DNA of 64,000 nucleotides from Pelagomonas calceolata (lineage: Eukaryota): NCBI GenBank assembly GCA_918797485.1, contig CAKKNE010000002.1, forward strand, positions 4,154,001 to 4,218,000. Reading direction: 5' to 3'. The notes beneath the pieces are model-generated. The model made no database searches. It was not told the DNA's origin and saw only the letters and a program-made list of their open reading frames with translations. Position numbers and translations under genes: made by a program. Position 1 is the stretch's first letter, and each line of letters starts with the position of its first letter. Below are positions 48,283-58,367 of the stretch, one piece after another.

Positions 48283-49527
48283 ATGAGCGGCCTCGTCGCC
48301 GCGCGACCGCGCCCGCCCCAGCGAAACCAGAAGAAGGCACCAGTCGCACAACGCGCGAGCGACGAAGACATCGCCGCCGTCCTCGCCAACGTAGCAAAAC
48401 TCTGCGGCCCGGCGACGACGCTGCCGCAGCGTTATAGAGAAGCCTACGGCGTGGCGCTGGACGCGCGCGCCCTGGGCTTCGGCAAGCTCGGGGCCCTCTT
48501 GAGTCTCGGCGAGCGCCGCGGCCTCTTCGCCGTCGAGCGCACGGAGCGACGAGAGGACGGCACGTCCGGCTCGTGGTGCCTCCGGCCCGTCGGCGCGGAA
48601 ATTACTGAAAACGCATCCGACGGCGGCTCCGTCGGTTTATTAGGATTCTACCACTACGCGCGGCCGCCCTGGACCGAGCCTGCGCGCGACGCGACCGCGG
48701 CGTGGCTCCGCGCGCTCTGTGCGCAGCATGGTCTGGGCGGCCGCGTGCGCGTGGCCACGGAGGGCGTGAACGCGACCGTATCTGGTTCTACCAGTGAATT
48801 GGACGCGTTCCAGGCGACGCTCTCCACCACTGAAGGGTGGCATAGCGTCCTCTTCAAGCGCGAGCCCTGCACGTCTCACCAATTGTGGCCCGCGCTGTCG
48901 TGCTGGACCGCCGACGAGTTGTGTGGTTTTGGCGCGGACGAATCGACGCGGGAAAGATTGGACGCCGTCGGGCCCGGTATTTTGTTGGAGCCGCGCGCGT
49001 TCCGGGCGCGCATGATGGAGAAGGACGCCGTTTTAGTAGATGTGCGCAACGCCTACGAAACGACCATCGGCGCCTTCCCCGGCGCGCTCGACCCCAAGAC
49101 GCGGACCTTCGCGGATTTTCAACAATGGTTGGAGAAAGACGAGACGCAAATCGCTTTAAAAGATAAGGACGTCCTCATGTACTGCACGGGCGGCGTTCGG
49201 TGTGAAAGAGCATCGGCGGCGTTACGGGCGGCCATGCCCGAGCAAAAAGAACGGGTCTTCCATCTGCAGGGCGGCATCGTTTCGTACATGGACGAGGGAC
49301 TGGAGGGCTTCGCGGGCGCGAACTACGTGTTTGATCGGCGGAACCGCCACGGCGCGGCGCCGCGCGGGTCGGATCAAGTTCTTGGGAAGTGCCTGGCGTG
49401 CCGCAAGCCGTGGGACGTGTACCGCGGGTCGGCGACGTGTGCGAAATGCAAGGTGCGCGTGCTGCTCTGCGACGCTTGTTTGTCTTCCCGTGATCATGAA
49501 GCGCTCGTCTGCGATTTATGCTCTTGA
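48283..49527 (+). CDS. TrhO/YceA (TSTD2-like) rhodanese protein with N-terminal LOTUS-like domain
   Basis: GRVRVATEGVNATVSG, DVRNAYE..IG.F, MYCTGGVRCE, LQGGI and YVFDRR motifs; Cys-rich C-terminus. Confidence 0.85.
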   Translation: MSGLVAARPRPPQRNQKKAPVAQRASDEDIAAVLANVAKLCGPATTLPQRYREAYGVALDARALGFGKLGALLSLGERRGLFAVERTERREDGTSGSWCLRPVGAEITENASDGGSVGLLGFYHYARPPWTEPARDATAAWLRALCAQHGLGGRVRVATEGVNATVSGSTSELDAFQATLSTTEGWHSVLFKREPCTSHQLWPALSCWTADELCGFGADESTRERLDAVGPGILLEPRAFRARMMEKDAVLVDVRNAYETTIGAFPGALDPKTRTFADFQQWLEKDETQIALKDKDVLMYCTGGVRCERASAALRAAMPEQKERVFHLQGGIVSYMDEGLEGFAGANYVFDRRNRHGAAPRGSDQVLGKCLACRKPWDVYRGSATCAKCKVRVLLCDACLSSRDHEALVCDLCS

Positions 49528-49807
49528 CGGTATGCCTCAGCGTCTCTCACCGATCGTCGGCGTTCGTTTTCTAGAGTCGCGGCCCGGTGCCACCCCCATG
49601 CCCGAGGCACGCGCTACTCGGCGCCCAGAGGAACGACGAGCGGTCCGACTTGTGTGTGGATGCCCCCCCGCGCCGGCCGGGCCGAGACTGACGACATACG
49701 CGCTCCGCGCAGGTCCTCGATCTTTCTTTTGTTTGTGGGTAACTGTCTGTTTTTCTCCAGTAGCTGCTCGCACGGGTTTAGGATTGCGTACACGCCGCAA
49801 AACCCGT

Positions 49808-49831
49808 GCTAGTGTCTTACAAGACGCTAGC
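49808..49831. promoter_or_regulatory. CTAG-dyad intergenic element (most symmetric copy)
   Basis: GCTAGTGTCTTACAAGACGCTAGC; 20/24 positions match its own reverse complement. Confidence 0.75.
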
Positions 49832-49876
49832 TAGCCGCGTTTTTGCAAGCTGCCATTGCGCCGTCGGATTGTGAAC

Positions 49877-49947
49877 ACAGACACGCCTCTGCTGTCAGTA
49901 TAGCTCACGCTACAGACACGATCCTCTGCTGCCAGTTATAGCTCACG
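49877..49947 (+). repeat. Imperfect ~35-bp tandem duplication in the 5' region of the GT61 gene
   Basis: ACAGACACG(AT)CCTCTGCTGYCAGT(T)ATAGCTCACG twice. Confidence 0.75.
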
Positions 49948-49979
49948 ACGCCCGCGATTTGCTAAAGCACCCATCAAAA

Positions 49980-51791
49980 ATGCGCCGCGGACGCACACAA
50001 CCAAGCAGCCGCGCGCGGAGCGGAGGGACAAGCGACGACGACGCGAAAGCAGCCGCTTCCAAAACGGGCATGCTCGCGCCGCTCCTCTTCCTTGCAATTG
50101 GTGTTGTCTTCGTGGTGTCGACGCTCTACCAGCCGCAGCATACGCACGTCATGCCCGTGGCGAACACCGTCGAGCTGCGCTCTCTGATAAGGGAGCAGAA
50201 CGCGACGATCCGCGCGCTCGCGCGGCGCGTGGCGCACGCGTCGGAGCAGCGCGAGACGCACGCGCAGCGCATCGACGCGCACGCGGACCGCGTCGAGGCG
50301 GCGCTCGCCGCGAAGTTGGTTGCGGAGACGGAGCTCGCGGTTGCCAGGGCCGACGCCGCCGCGGCGCGCAAAGAACTTGTGGAGATGCGGCAGCGGCTGC
50401 GTGATAACCATGCGCCGTTATCAACGGCACCGGTCGCACGACAGACACTGACAACAAAAGCGGAGACGAAGTGCGACGATCTCTTCGGCGAGGGTTTAGT
50501 AAGGAGCTACCGCGACTCCAAAAAGGTCTGGTGCGGCGGCGGTTCCACAACGATCGAGTGCTACGAGCACGTCTACGCGCACAACGGGCGGATAGGGCAT
50601 TTCTGCCGCGCGTCCAATCTATTGGTGGACTTTTCCAAGGTGGGCGGACGGCACTCGACCACCACGAAACCGCAGCGGGGCCCGAACATGTACCACTCCT
50701 TTGCGCCAGGTGCATTGCAGGCCCAGTGCGCGCGAACGAAGCACTGGTCTCTACAGAAGGCCATGCCCCACGCGAAACTGATGCTCCCTAAGCTCGAGGA
50801 GGTCCAGAGCTTTTCAAACGATGTAGAACGCGTGCAGACGCCTACTTATCTACTAGCTAGAGACGAGGACTCGGAAAATATGTTTCATTCCACTGCGGAC
50901 CACTTGAATGCGTTTTTAGTATCAGAGGTGCTCCAGTCTGATAGAGACAAGTGGCAGACCGTGCTGTTTGATCGGATGCCGGACGGGCCCTTCCACAGTC
51001 TGATCGAGAAGACGTTTTCTCCGAAAAACAAGCTGAAACGAGCCGCGGACTACCAAGGCAGAAAAGTATTATTTGAGGAGTTGATTATTCATCTCGAGTC
51101 CCCTGCCGGTATTGTGTTCCCGAAGGTCGCCGGTCCGAAGGGTATTATGACCTGTACACAATCATCATTGTGGTTGGGGTTCCGCGCGGCTGTGTTGCGA
51201 GGCTTCGGGTTGTTGGACGTGCCTCCACCAACAGTGCCGCACGCTGTGCTGTCTGTTAGAAGACGAACCGGTGGAAAAAATACCGGTAGGGTTTTTGCGG
51301 ATGAGGCCGCGCTCACAAAAATACTGAAGGAAGGAAATGCGATGACGTCCGAGGTCGTCGATCTGGGTTCGTTGCCCTTCGACCGGCAGATCGCTCTGAT
51401 GCGGCGGACGAACATATTGATTGGGGCCCACGGTGCCGGTTTGATGCACGTTTTGTTTCTCGCCGAAGAAGCTGTTTTGTTGGAGATCCACCCGTCCTAC
51501 AGGTTAGATAGGCACTTTAGGTTGGCCGCGCGCATGGCGGGGAAGATCTATCTGCCGCTGCGATCGACTCAACCGGTGACCTGCAAGGGCACCTCGGACG
51601 CGGTGCCCGTCGACGCGGGCGAGTTCCGGCGAGCGCTCGACGCGGCCGTGCGGCTGGCGCGGTCGTTTGATGATGGCGTCGCCGAGTGCGGCTTGTCCTG
51701 CGACGCGCGCGTGCTGGCCTTGGATAGCGGGAACGCGAAGTTCCTGCCGCCGGGCGCGCGGCCGCTCGCGACGCGGTTCCCGTGCGGGTAG
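49980..51791 (+). CDS. Glycosyltransferase family 61 (EOGT-like), type II membrane protein
   Basis: N-terminal TM; NMFH...D and QIALMRRTNILIGAHGAGLMHVLFL motifs. Confidence 0.88.
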   Translation: MRRGRTQPSSRARSGGTSDDDAKAAASKTGMLAPLLFLAIGVVFVVSTLYQPQHTHVMPVANTVELRSLIREQNATIRALARRVAHASEQRETHAQRIDAHADRVEAALAAKLVAETELAVARADAAAARKELVEMRQRLRDNHAPLSTAPVARQTLTTKAETKCDDLFGEGLVRSYRDSKKVWCGGGSTTIECYEHVYAHNGRIGHFCRASNLLVDFSKVGGRHSTTTKPQRGPNMYHSFAPGALQAQCARTKHWSLQKAMPHAKLMLPKLEEVQSFSNDVERVQTPTYLLARDEDSENMFHSTADHLNAFLVSEVLQSDRDKWQTVLFDRMPDGPFHSLIEKTFSPKNKLKRAADYQGRKVLFEELIIHLESPAGIVFPKVAGPKGIMTCTQSSLWLGFRAAVLRGFGLLDVPPPTVPHAVLSVRRRTGGKNTGRVFADEAALTKILKEGNAMTSEVVDLGSLPFDRQIALMRRTNILIGAHGAGLMHVLFLAEEAVLLEIHPSYRLDRHFRLAARMAGKIYLPLRSTQPVTCKGTSDAVPVDAGEFRRALDAAVRLARSFDDGVAECGLSCDARVLALDSGNAKFLPPGARPLATRFPCG

Positions 51792-51811
51792 TTTTTTGTT
51801 ATTTAATAAGT

Positions 51812-52870
51812 CTACTTAGGACAGGTGTGCGTGCACTCCGGGCAGTACGCGACGTCGCACCGCTCGCAGTACCGGGACTCGCGGCACTCCTCGCAGAACG
51901 GAAGCTCACACTCTTCGCAGTAATATACGTCGCGGCACTCTTCGCAGAAGGGACACCCGCAATCGTCGCAGAACCGCACGGGGCGACACTCTTCACAAAA
52001 CGGCTCCCCACAATCCTCGCAGAAGCTCGTGAACCGACAATCGTCACAAAATTGTTCGTCGCAGATCGAGCAGAACCAGGTCGGGCGGCAGTCTTCGCAG
52101 TAAGGAGTCTTACAGAGCGAGCAAAAGCCAACCATCTTACAATTGTCACAAAAACCTTTAAAGCACTCGCCGCAATGCATAACGAGCCGACAGTCCTCGC
52201 AGTACGGATTATGGCAACTACTACAGTAACGCACGCCCCAGCAATCCTCGCAGGAGGCCCTCTCGCACATGCTGCAGGGGTTGAGGTGGTCCCCATTTTC
52301 ACAAACTAGACAGAACACGGAGGCGCAGTCGTCGCAGCGCTTGAGGATATGCCCGGGACAGGCGGGAGTCTCGCACCGCTTTTCGGCCATGAGAGCACAC
52401 ATCTCACTGTGCCTCCCGCCCCAGTCGCGCACCTGGCAGGACTCCGAGCAGTAGCGCCGCCTCATGCACCCGCCGCACACGGGAAAGCGCTCCTCGGAGA
52501 GGGGGCCTCTTCGAACGCAGACTTGGCAGACGCGCCGCAATATCCTCCGCTGTCGACGAGTCATCTCCGGTGGCGCCGCTCTCGTCACGCGCGTCTCGGC
52601 GACACGTGTCGCAAGCGCGTCGATGCGGGCGGCCGCGGCCATCGCGGCCGAGGCCGCGGCGGCCGCGGCTGCGTCGTCGCAAATCGCGCAGTCGCGGCCG
52701 CGGCCATGCTCGCAGAGCGTGACGGTCCTCCCGCTATCCGCGCACTCGCGACATCGGCGCACGGCTCTCGCGGACCACTGTTTTTTGCCAAATGCAACGC
52801 GAGGTTTGTAGTTGCCACAGGCGCTACAACTCTTCGTCGGATCGTGTTCTGCCTTACTCTCGGATGCCAT
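51812..52870 (-). CDS. Multi-zinc-finger protein: N-terminal CxxC finger, MYND finger, CxxC repeat array
   Basis: CGGCMRRRYCSESCQVRDW..H...C (MYND), then ~19-aa repeats FCxxC...(Y/F)CE(D/E)CR. Confidence 0.8.
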   Translation of the reverse strand: MASESKAEHDPTKSCSACGNYKPRVAFGKKQWSARAVRRCRECADSGRTVTLCEHGRGRDCAICDDAAAAAAASAAMAAAARIDALATRVAETRVTRAAPPEMTRRQRRILRRVCQVCVRRGPLSEERFPVCGGCMRRRYCSESCQVRDWGGRHSEMCALMAEKRCETPACPGHILKRCDDCASVFCLVCENGDHLNPCSMCERASCEDCWGVRYCSSCHNPYCEDCRLVMHCGECFKGFCDNCKMVGFCSLCKTPYCEDCRPTWFCSICDEQFCDDCRFTSFCEDCGEPFCEECRPVRFCDDCGCPFCEECRDVYYCEECELPFCEECRESRYCERCDVAYCPECTHTCPK

Positions 52871-53046
52871 GATTGCGAGCTTGTCAATAAAAGGTAGCCT
52901 TGTGGGATTGGCGCCTAGACCGGCTGCACGACTGCAGACGCGCTTACAGTCGCTGCGTCTTATGGTGAGAGACTGCTTGACAGCGTAGCGTCTCTTGAAC
53001 AGACGTATCCACGACGATACCGCCCACAAACGAGACCCAGGCGCTT

Positions 53047-53069
53047 CCTAGTGTCTTACTACCGCTAGC
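53047..53069 (-). promoter_or_regulatory. CTAG-dyad intergenic element
   Basis: CCTAGTGTCTTACTACCGCTAGC in a divergent intergenic region. Confidence 0.7.
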
Positions 53070-53210
53070 TTTATGTTTTGGCCCATTTTTGAGACCGCGA
53101 GGCAGGGAGGGGGTGTCGCGGGTCGGGCGAATTAGTAATGTTATCTGCTTGATTCGCAGCGGAGTTGTGCGAGCCGTGCGAGCCGGTGACCCAGCAGACC
53201 ACACCGCACA

Positions 53211-54524
53211 ATGCTGCGGGTCGTGCGCTGCTTGCGCTCCGCTGCTCGAAGCGCTCGCGCGCGGCCGCTGGGCGCGTCGTACGGCGTCGCGGCGGTCAAT
53301 CTGGGCTGCGCAAAGAGATTCCGCGCCAGCGCCGCGGACGCCGCACGAAACGCGGCGGACGTGCGCGACCTGCTGCGGACGCGGCTCTCGTTGACCGATG
53401 CGGAGGTGGACCGGATGGTGCGGCATCGGCCCCTGGGCGCCCTCGCGACCGTGGCGCCGAAGCTCGTCTGGCCGCAGCGACGCCTCGGTCTGGACGAGGC
53501 GCAGCTGAAGAAGGTCGTGTTGTTGAATCCATCGCTGCTAAGCAAAAGCATCGAGGACAACCTGGCGCCAACGCTCGACTGGTTGCAGGCGCGTCTCGAC
53601 CTGGATGACGAGCAGCTGAGGAAGATGATTGTGGCGCTTCCGGCACTGCTGGGCTATAGCGTCGAGGACAACGTGGAGCCGAAGCTTCAGTGGTTACAGC
53701 GGCGCCTCGATCTGGACGAGGCGCAGTTGAGAAAGATAGTGCGTTTGGATCCGTCTCTGCTTAACAAAAGCGTCGAGGAAAACTTGGAGCCGAAGCTCTA
53801 CTTCTTCGAGCGGGAGCTACTACACGGCTCGCGCGCAGAGCTGCGCGATTGGGTGGTGAAAAAATCACCCTGTCTTTCCTACAGCCTGACCAACCGCTAC
53901 CGCCCGCGCCTCGAGGCGTGCCGCGCCGCCGGCGTCGACGCGAAACGCGTCCTCTCGTACGCCACGAACTCGGATGAAATCTTCTGCAAGCACACGGGCA
54001 TAGATCCCGAGGACCTCACGGCGATCCGCGAGAGCCAAACGCTCATCCTCAACGACTTCTCGGCCGCGCGCGTCGTGCCGTGCGAGACGGGCGGCAAAGA
54101 GCTCGTCGCGTCCGGCGCTTTCCCGGCGGGCGCCGTATTGTTTCGCTTCGCCGGCGAGCTGAGCCCGGTCAACATCGGCGACCGGTCGCTGCAGGTCGGC
54201 CGCGCGGCGCACCTGCTGTCGGTGCCGCCGGAGGAGCCCTGGGTTTATTTGAACCACTCGTTCGAGCCAACGGTCTCACTGATTGTGGACCCGATCACGC
54301 CCGTCGCCACGGCGCGGACCACGGAGGACTTGGTCGACGGCGCGGCGCTCACGATCGACTACACGCTCCACGAGTGGGAGATGAGTGGTGACGGCTTCGT
54401 CTGCAGCGAGTCCGGCCGACGCGTCCGCGGCTTCAAGCATCTCACGGCGAGCGAGCGGGAGGCGGCGCTGCCCCGCGCGGCGCCGCACATCCGGGAGATG
54501 CACCTCGCCGCGGCGGAAGACTAA
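53211..54524 (+). CDS. mTERF-repeat protein fused to a C-terminal SET-like domain
   Basis: Repeats of P.LL..S(I/V)E.N(L/V).P.L.WL..RL.LD..QL and SYSL..R..PR (mTERF); YLNHS..P...G..LTIDY (SET). Confidence 0.82.
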   Translation: MLRVVRCLRSAARSARARPLGASYGVAAVNLGCAKRFRASAADAARNAADVRDLLRTRLSLTDAEVDRMVRHRPLGALATVAPKLVWPQRRLGLDEAQLKKVVLLNPSLLSKSIEDNLAPTLDWLQARLDLDDEQLRKMIVALPALLGYSVEDNVEPKLQWLQRRLDLDEAQLRKIVRLDPSLLNKSVEENLEPKLYFFERELLHGSRAELRDWVVKKSPCLSYSLTNRYRPRLEACRAAGVDAKRVLSYATNSDEIFCKHTGIDPEDLTAIRESQTLILNDFSAARVVPCETGGKELVASGAFPAGAVLFRFAGELSPVNIGDRSLQVGRAAHLLSVPPEEPWVYLNHSFEPTVSLIVDPITPVATARTTEDLVDGAALTIDYTLHEWEMSGDGFVCSESGRRVRGFKHLTASEREAALPRAAPHIREMHLAAAED

Positions 54525-54584
54525 ATGTTTTGGTGTTTGTCACCGGCTACCCCACGCCATCGATGCGGAACTAGACAGGAACTA

Positions 54585-55883
54585 CTAAATGTCCCCCACG
54601 AACTCCGCGCCCTCCTGGGACCGCTGGTACCACTTCGCGCAGTTCAGGAGTGTTGGCACGACGATGACGAGTGCCGCCGCGCCCGAGTGGACCCCGTCGC
54701 CGGCGCCGGCCCAGCCGTCCACTATGGAACCGGGGATGAGCGGCGGCGTATACTTTACCAAGTAGGCCAAAAACGCCGAGAGCGCGAGGAGCTTGCCCAG
54801 GAAAAACGCGTCCGAGTCGAGGGCCCAGGCGTCTCCTAAATCTTCCCAACCGAGCAAGGACGCTGTTGTGGAGGACGGCGCCGCCGTTACCAGTGAAGGT
54901 GTTTCCGTTTCCGCCGCCTCGGCCTCGACGCCTTGTGTCAATCGAGCGTACAACGCCTCCGCGTCGCTGCGGCCGTCGCTCAACGTCCAGCCCGACGCGA
55001 CGGCCAGCCGATACATGGCGAAGGCCATCGTCGTATTTCCCAAACATGTGCAGCCCGCCTGGAGCGCGACGCACCACGACAGCTCGGGCGCGTTGTAGAA
55101 AAGATGGTAGCAGCACGCGACAATTCCGGACGTATGCAAGGGCAGCATGCCCCAGGTCACGCCCTTCCACTCTTTTCTACCAATAACGTCGGCGTAGCGC
55201 CAGGCGAGGCCCATGGCCACGAGCCATTCCACTAATGAGGAGGTGTGGATGATCCAGGTCGGGATCGACAGGGCGTTTATCGGTTCATTTACATTGTCGA
55301 GATTGCCTACACCATTAAGCCAGGGCGCGTGGGCCGCGGCGTCCATCGTCATCAGGTTCCCGGCGACGACGACGAAGCAAGATAGGATCGCGAACCCTGC
55401 CCAATAGGTCGCCGCGGTTCGTAATCTGTCAGGATCATCCTTTCCCGCGAGAGCGTCCCGAAAACCTAATACAACCACACAATTCGTGGCCGCGAGTAGA
55501 GATTCTGCCGCGCCATGCAACCAATCGGCGTCGGCCAGCGACGCGCCATACAGCGCACCGGCGCCGATCGCCGCCGGGATGGACCCAAACACAAACGCTA
55601 GGAGATAAGTCAAGCCGAAACACACACCTTTGGGTGCTTGCGTCTTCGGGTGCTTCAGCCAGTAGAGCATCGCGAGCCACGGCAATAAAGAGGCGCCGAA
55701 CAAACTGCCGGCGAGCTCGTCGGCCGTCGACGTGAGGGCGCTGTTCGCGGCGAGGGTGTGGGTCGTCAACTCGATGGCGTCCAGCGGTACGGCTCGTAAG
55801 GGCTGCATGGGCCTGAGGCGGCGGACAGGTGTGATGAATGCATGCGATGCGGCTGCCAGGAGGAGCAGTGCTTTGGCAGCCAT
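54585..55883 (-). CDS. Plastid membrane protein with DUF3593 and DUF2499 (Ycf49-like) domains
   Basis: ASHA-F presequence; LFGASLLPWL, LADADWLHGAAES and NALSIPTWIIHTSSLVEW motifs. Confidence 0.85.
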   Translation of the reverse strand: MAAKALLLLAAASHAFITPVRRLRPMQPLRAVPLDAIELTTHTLAANSALTSTADELAGSLFGASLLPWLAMLYWLKHPKTQAPKGVCFGLTYLLAFVFGSIPAAIGAGALYGASLADADWLHGAAESLLAATNCVVVLGFRDALAGKDDPDRLRTAATYWAGFAILSCFVVVAGNLMTMDAAAHAPWLNGVGNLDNVNEPINALSIPTWIIHTSSLVEWLVAMGLAWRYADVIGRKEWKGVTWGMLPLHTSGIVACCYHLFYNAPELSWCVALQAGCTCLGNTTMAFAMYRLAVASGWTLSDGRSDAEALYARLTQGVEAEAAETETPSLVTAAPSSTTASLLGWEDLGDAWALDSDAFFLGKLLALSAFLAYLVKYTPPLIPGSIVDGWAGAGDGVHSGAAALVIVVPTLLNCAKWYQRSQEGAEFVGDI

Positions 55884-56022
55884 GGTCTACGGGTCGAGCA
55901 GTGATCGATGCCGGCTGCGGGCTGTGTCTGACAGTGAGCAGACGTTTGATAAGTGATCACTGCGTACCACAACCGTGCTTTGCGCACGACGTGCGGCTCG
56001 TGCCGCAATTATGGCAGGTGAA

Positions 56023-56044
56023 GCTAAGCGGTCTAAGACACTAG
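56023..56044 (+). promoter_or_regulatory. CTAG-dyad intergenic element (variant)
   Basis: GCTAAGCGGTCTAAGACACTAG upstream of ATG 55883. Confidence 0.6.
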
Positions 56045-56185
56045 AGGTGATTCTGCGCGGAGACTTACGCCGCCGCCGCGAGGCCTACTCAAGAACGATC
56101 ACGAGTTCTTATCCGGACTCGTATCATCTACTCGTATCGACCACGACGCCCGCGGGCTCACTGCGCGCAAGACGATACGGCCGAG

Positions 56186-56470
56186 GTGGCGCTCACCGAA
56201 GCGCAGGAAGACGCGCTCAGAAAGGTCTTCAATCGCGTCGATATTTCGGGCGACGGACACATCTCCGTGATAGAAGCCATCAAGGCGCTCCGCGGCGCAC
56301 GAAGTTCGACGGGCATCGAGGCCGACTTCGCGCGGCTGCTGGGCCTCGACGACATGACGCGCATCCACCAGGAAGACGGCACGAGAGATAAGCTGATGCT
56401 GGCGTTCGGCGCGCTCGACGCGGACGGCGACAAAAAGCTATCATACGAGGAGTTCCGCCGCCGCGGCGCG
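56186..56470 (+). pseudogene. EF-hand pair gene fragment lacking a clear ATG
   Basis: DISGDGHISVIE and DADGDKKLSYEE EF-hand loops; frame begins at GTG and decays into a C-tract. Confidence 0.55.
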
Positions 56471-56742
56471 TGGTGGCGAGCGCGGCGACGGCGCGGGACC
56501 CCGTGCTGGCGCTCGATCCGTAGCCCCCCTCCCCCCCCCCCATCTTACCCTAATGCACATAAAAATTGCCTAGCTCTAAAACAAAACCGGCGTCTCGCGA
56601 GCCCGCGAAATCCACCTCGCATGCTCCACTTGTCCACCCTAACGACGCTACTTTGTAATCCAGTTTATAATAAATAAATAAATACCTACTCCTCATACGC
56701 CAAGACCTACTCCTCGCCACGGCGTCGCGGCCGTCGTAGAGC

Positions 56743-56766
56743 GCTAGCGGAATGTAAGGCACTAGC
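56743..56766 (+). promoter_or_regulatory. CTAG-dyad intergenic element
   Basis: GCTAGCGGAATGTAAGGCACTAGC upstream of ATG 56927. Confidence 0.75.
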
Positions 56767-56926
56767 AATCATCACAGGTGTAGCTTTGTTTTTGTTGCTA
56801 GCCCAGCAGCGGTCAAAAAGCTATGCGTTTCGCACCGTTTGATACCCCCCGGTAGTAGCCAAGTTGAGCTGCAGTAGCGTGGGGACGAATGGGGCGAACG
56901 CAGCAGCATTGCTTGTGATCGCAGCG

Positions 56927-58331
56927 ATGCTCGCATTCCTGCTCCTAAGTTGTGCACAAGCGCTCAACCCCGCAGCGCTCGCCCGCGAGGCGCTCGTCGA
57001 GTACCGCGCCAACGAACGCATCGCGCCCGACAAGGTGCTGGCGAAAGTGCTCCGAACTAATCCGTGCACGGACGGCGAGCGCCGCGCGGCGGCCGACGCA
57101 TTCCTAGGTACCGCGGCCCGGCTGCGGCGCTACGAGTGGCTCTGCAAAGACGTGCACGGGGATGCTGAAGAAATAGCGGCGTCACTGCTCCAAGCGAGGG
57201 ACGAGGACCGGACCACGACGGAGTGGCCGTCGGACCCGAACGAACGGCTGAGCGTCGAGAGCGGCGCGCCGCTCTGGCTCTGCGCGCGCTGGCGGCGCGA
57301 TCTGGGCGACGACGAAGCGCGAGCCGTCGCGTTCGCGTCGACGAGCCGCGGGCCTGTCACGTTGCGCGTGAGAGACGAGGTTGCCATAGACGCCGTCGAG
57401 GCGTCCCTCGGCGTGCGAACCGCGAGACCGCCTCGAAACATTGGTGCGCCCCGCGCGCTGACGCTGACCGAGGGCCGGCCGCCCGGCGGCGTCTGGGCGC
57501 TGCCCGGCTGGGAGGAGGCGTTGTTTGAGGTGCAGGACGCGGGCTCGCAAGCAATTGTGGAGGCGTGCGGCGATGGCTTCGGCACGGCCCTGGATATGTG
57601 CGCGGGCAACGGCGGCAAGTCCATACCGCTCGCGGCGCGCTGCCGAGAGCTCTGGTGCCACGACGTCGACACCGAGCGCCTGAAGCGCCTCCGCGCGCGG
57701 GCGCGCCGCGCCGGCGTGTCTGTTCAATGTACGGATGGAACTCTTCCGGATGCGACGTTCGACCTCGTCCTCGTCGACGCGCCCTGCAGCGGGTCGGGCG
57801 TTTTGAGGCGGCTCGGCCGCACGATGAGCTTCGACGTAGCTGATGGTGACGAAGAGGATCTCGCCGCGCGCCGGCGCAGCCGCGACCGAGTAGTCCACGC
57901 GCGCGCGGACGATGCGCTTGCTGATTTCGCTCGCTTGCAGCTCTCGCTGTTGCGCAATGCCGCGGCGCGGTGCGGCGATCGGCTCGTCTACGCGACGTGC
58001 TCGACGCTCCGCGAGGAGCTGTGTGGAAATCAATTTTACGGCGCGTTCGTGCTGAATCGCCGCGTCGACCTCCACGCCATCGACGCGACGTTGTCGGTTC
58101 CTCACCGCCCGACGGAGCCAGCGCAGCCACGTCATCGCCGAGAAATGACTTAGTGAAGAATTATCGGGTGCACCCGACACACCGGTTGATTTCCACACAG
58201 GCGAGGAGAACGAGGACGTCGTGGCGGCGTTCGACGACGAATCCTTCGAGCTCCTAGACACGCGACGGCTCCTGCCCGGCCCGTGGCACGACGGGTTTTT
58301 TGTGGCGCGGTGGCGACGGCGGTCTGTGTAA
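56927..58331 (+). CDS. RsmB/NOL1/NOP2/Sun-family RNA m5C methyltransferase, two exons (intron 58011-58200)
   Basis: EVQDAGSQ, LDMCAGNGGKS and LVDAPCSGSG; splicing restores YATCSTLREENE...HDGFFVARW. Confidence 0.9.
58019..58200. mobile_element. Introner element (non-autonomous DNA transposon), 182 bp
   Basis: Perfect 15-bp TIRs CTGTGTGGAAATCAA / TTGATTTCCACACAG; 8-bp TSD GCGAGGAG at 58011-58018 and 58201-58208. Confidence 0.93.
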
Positions 58332-58367
58332 GAGTGTTTTCTGTGACCCCTTTTACCAAGATGATCC

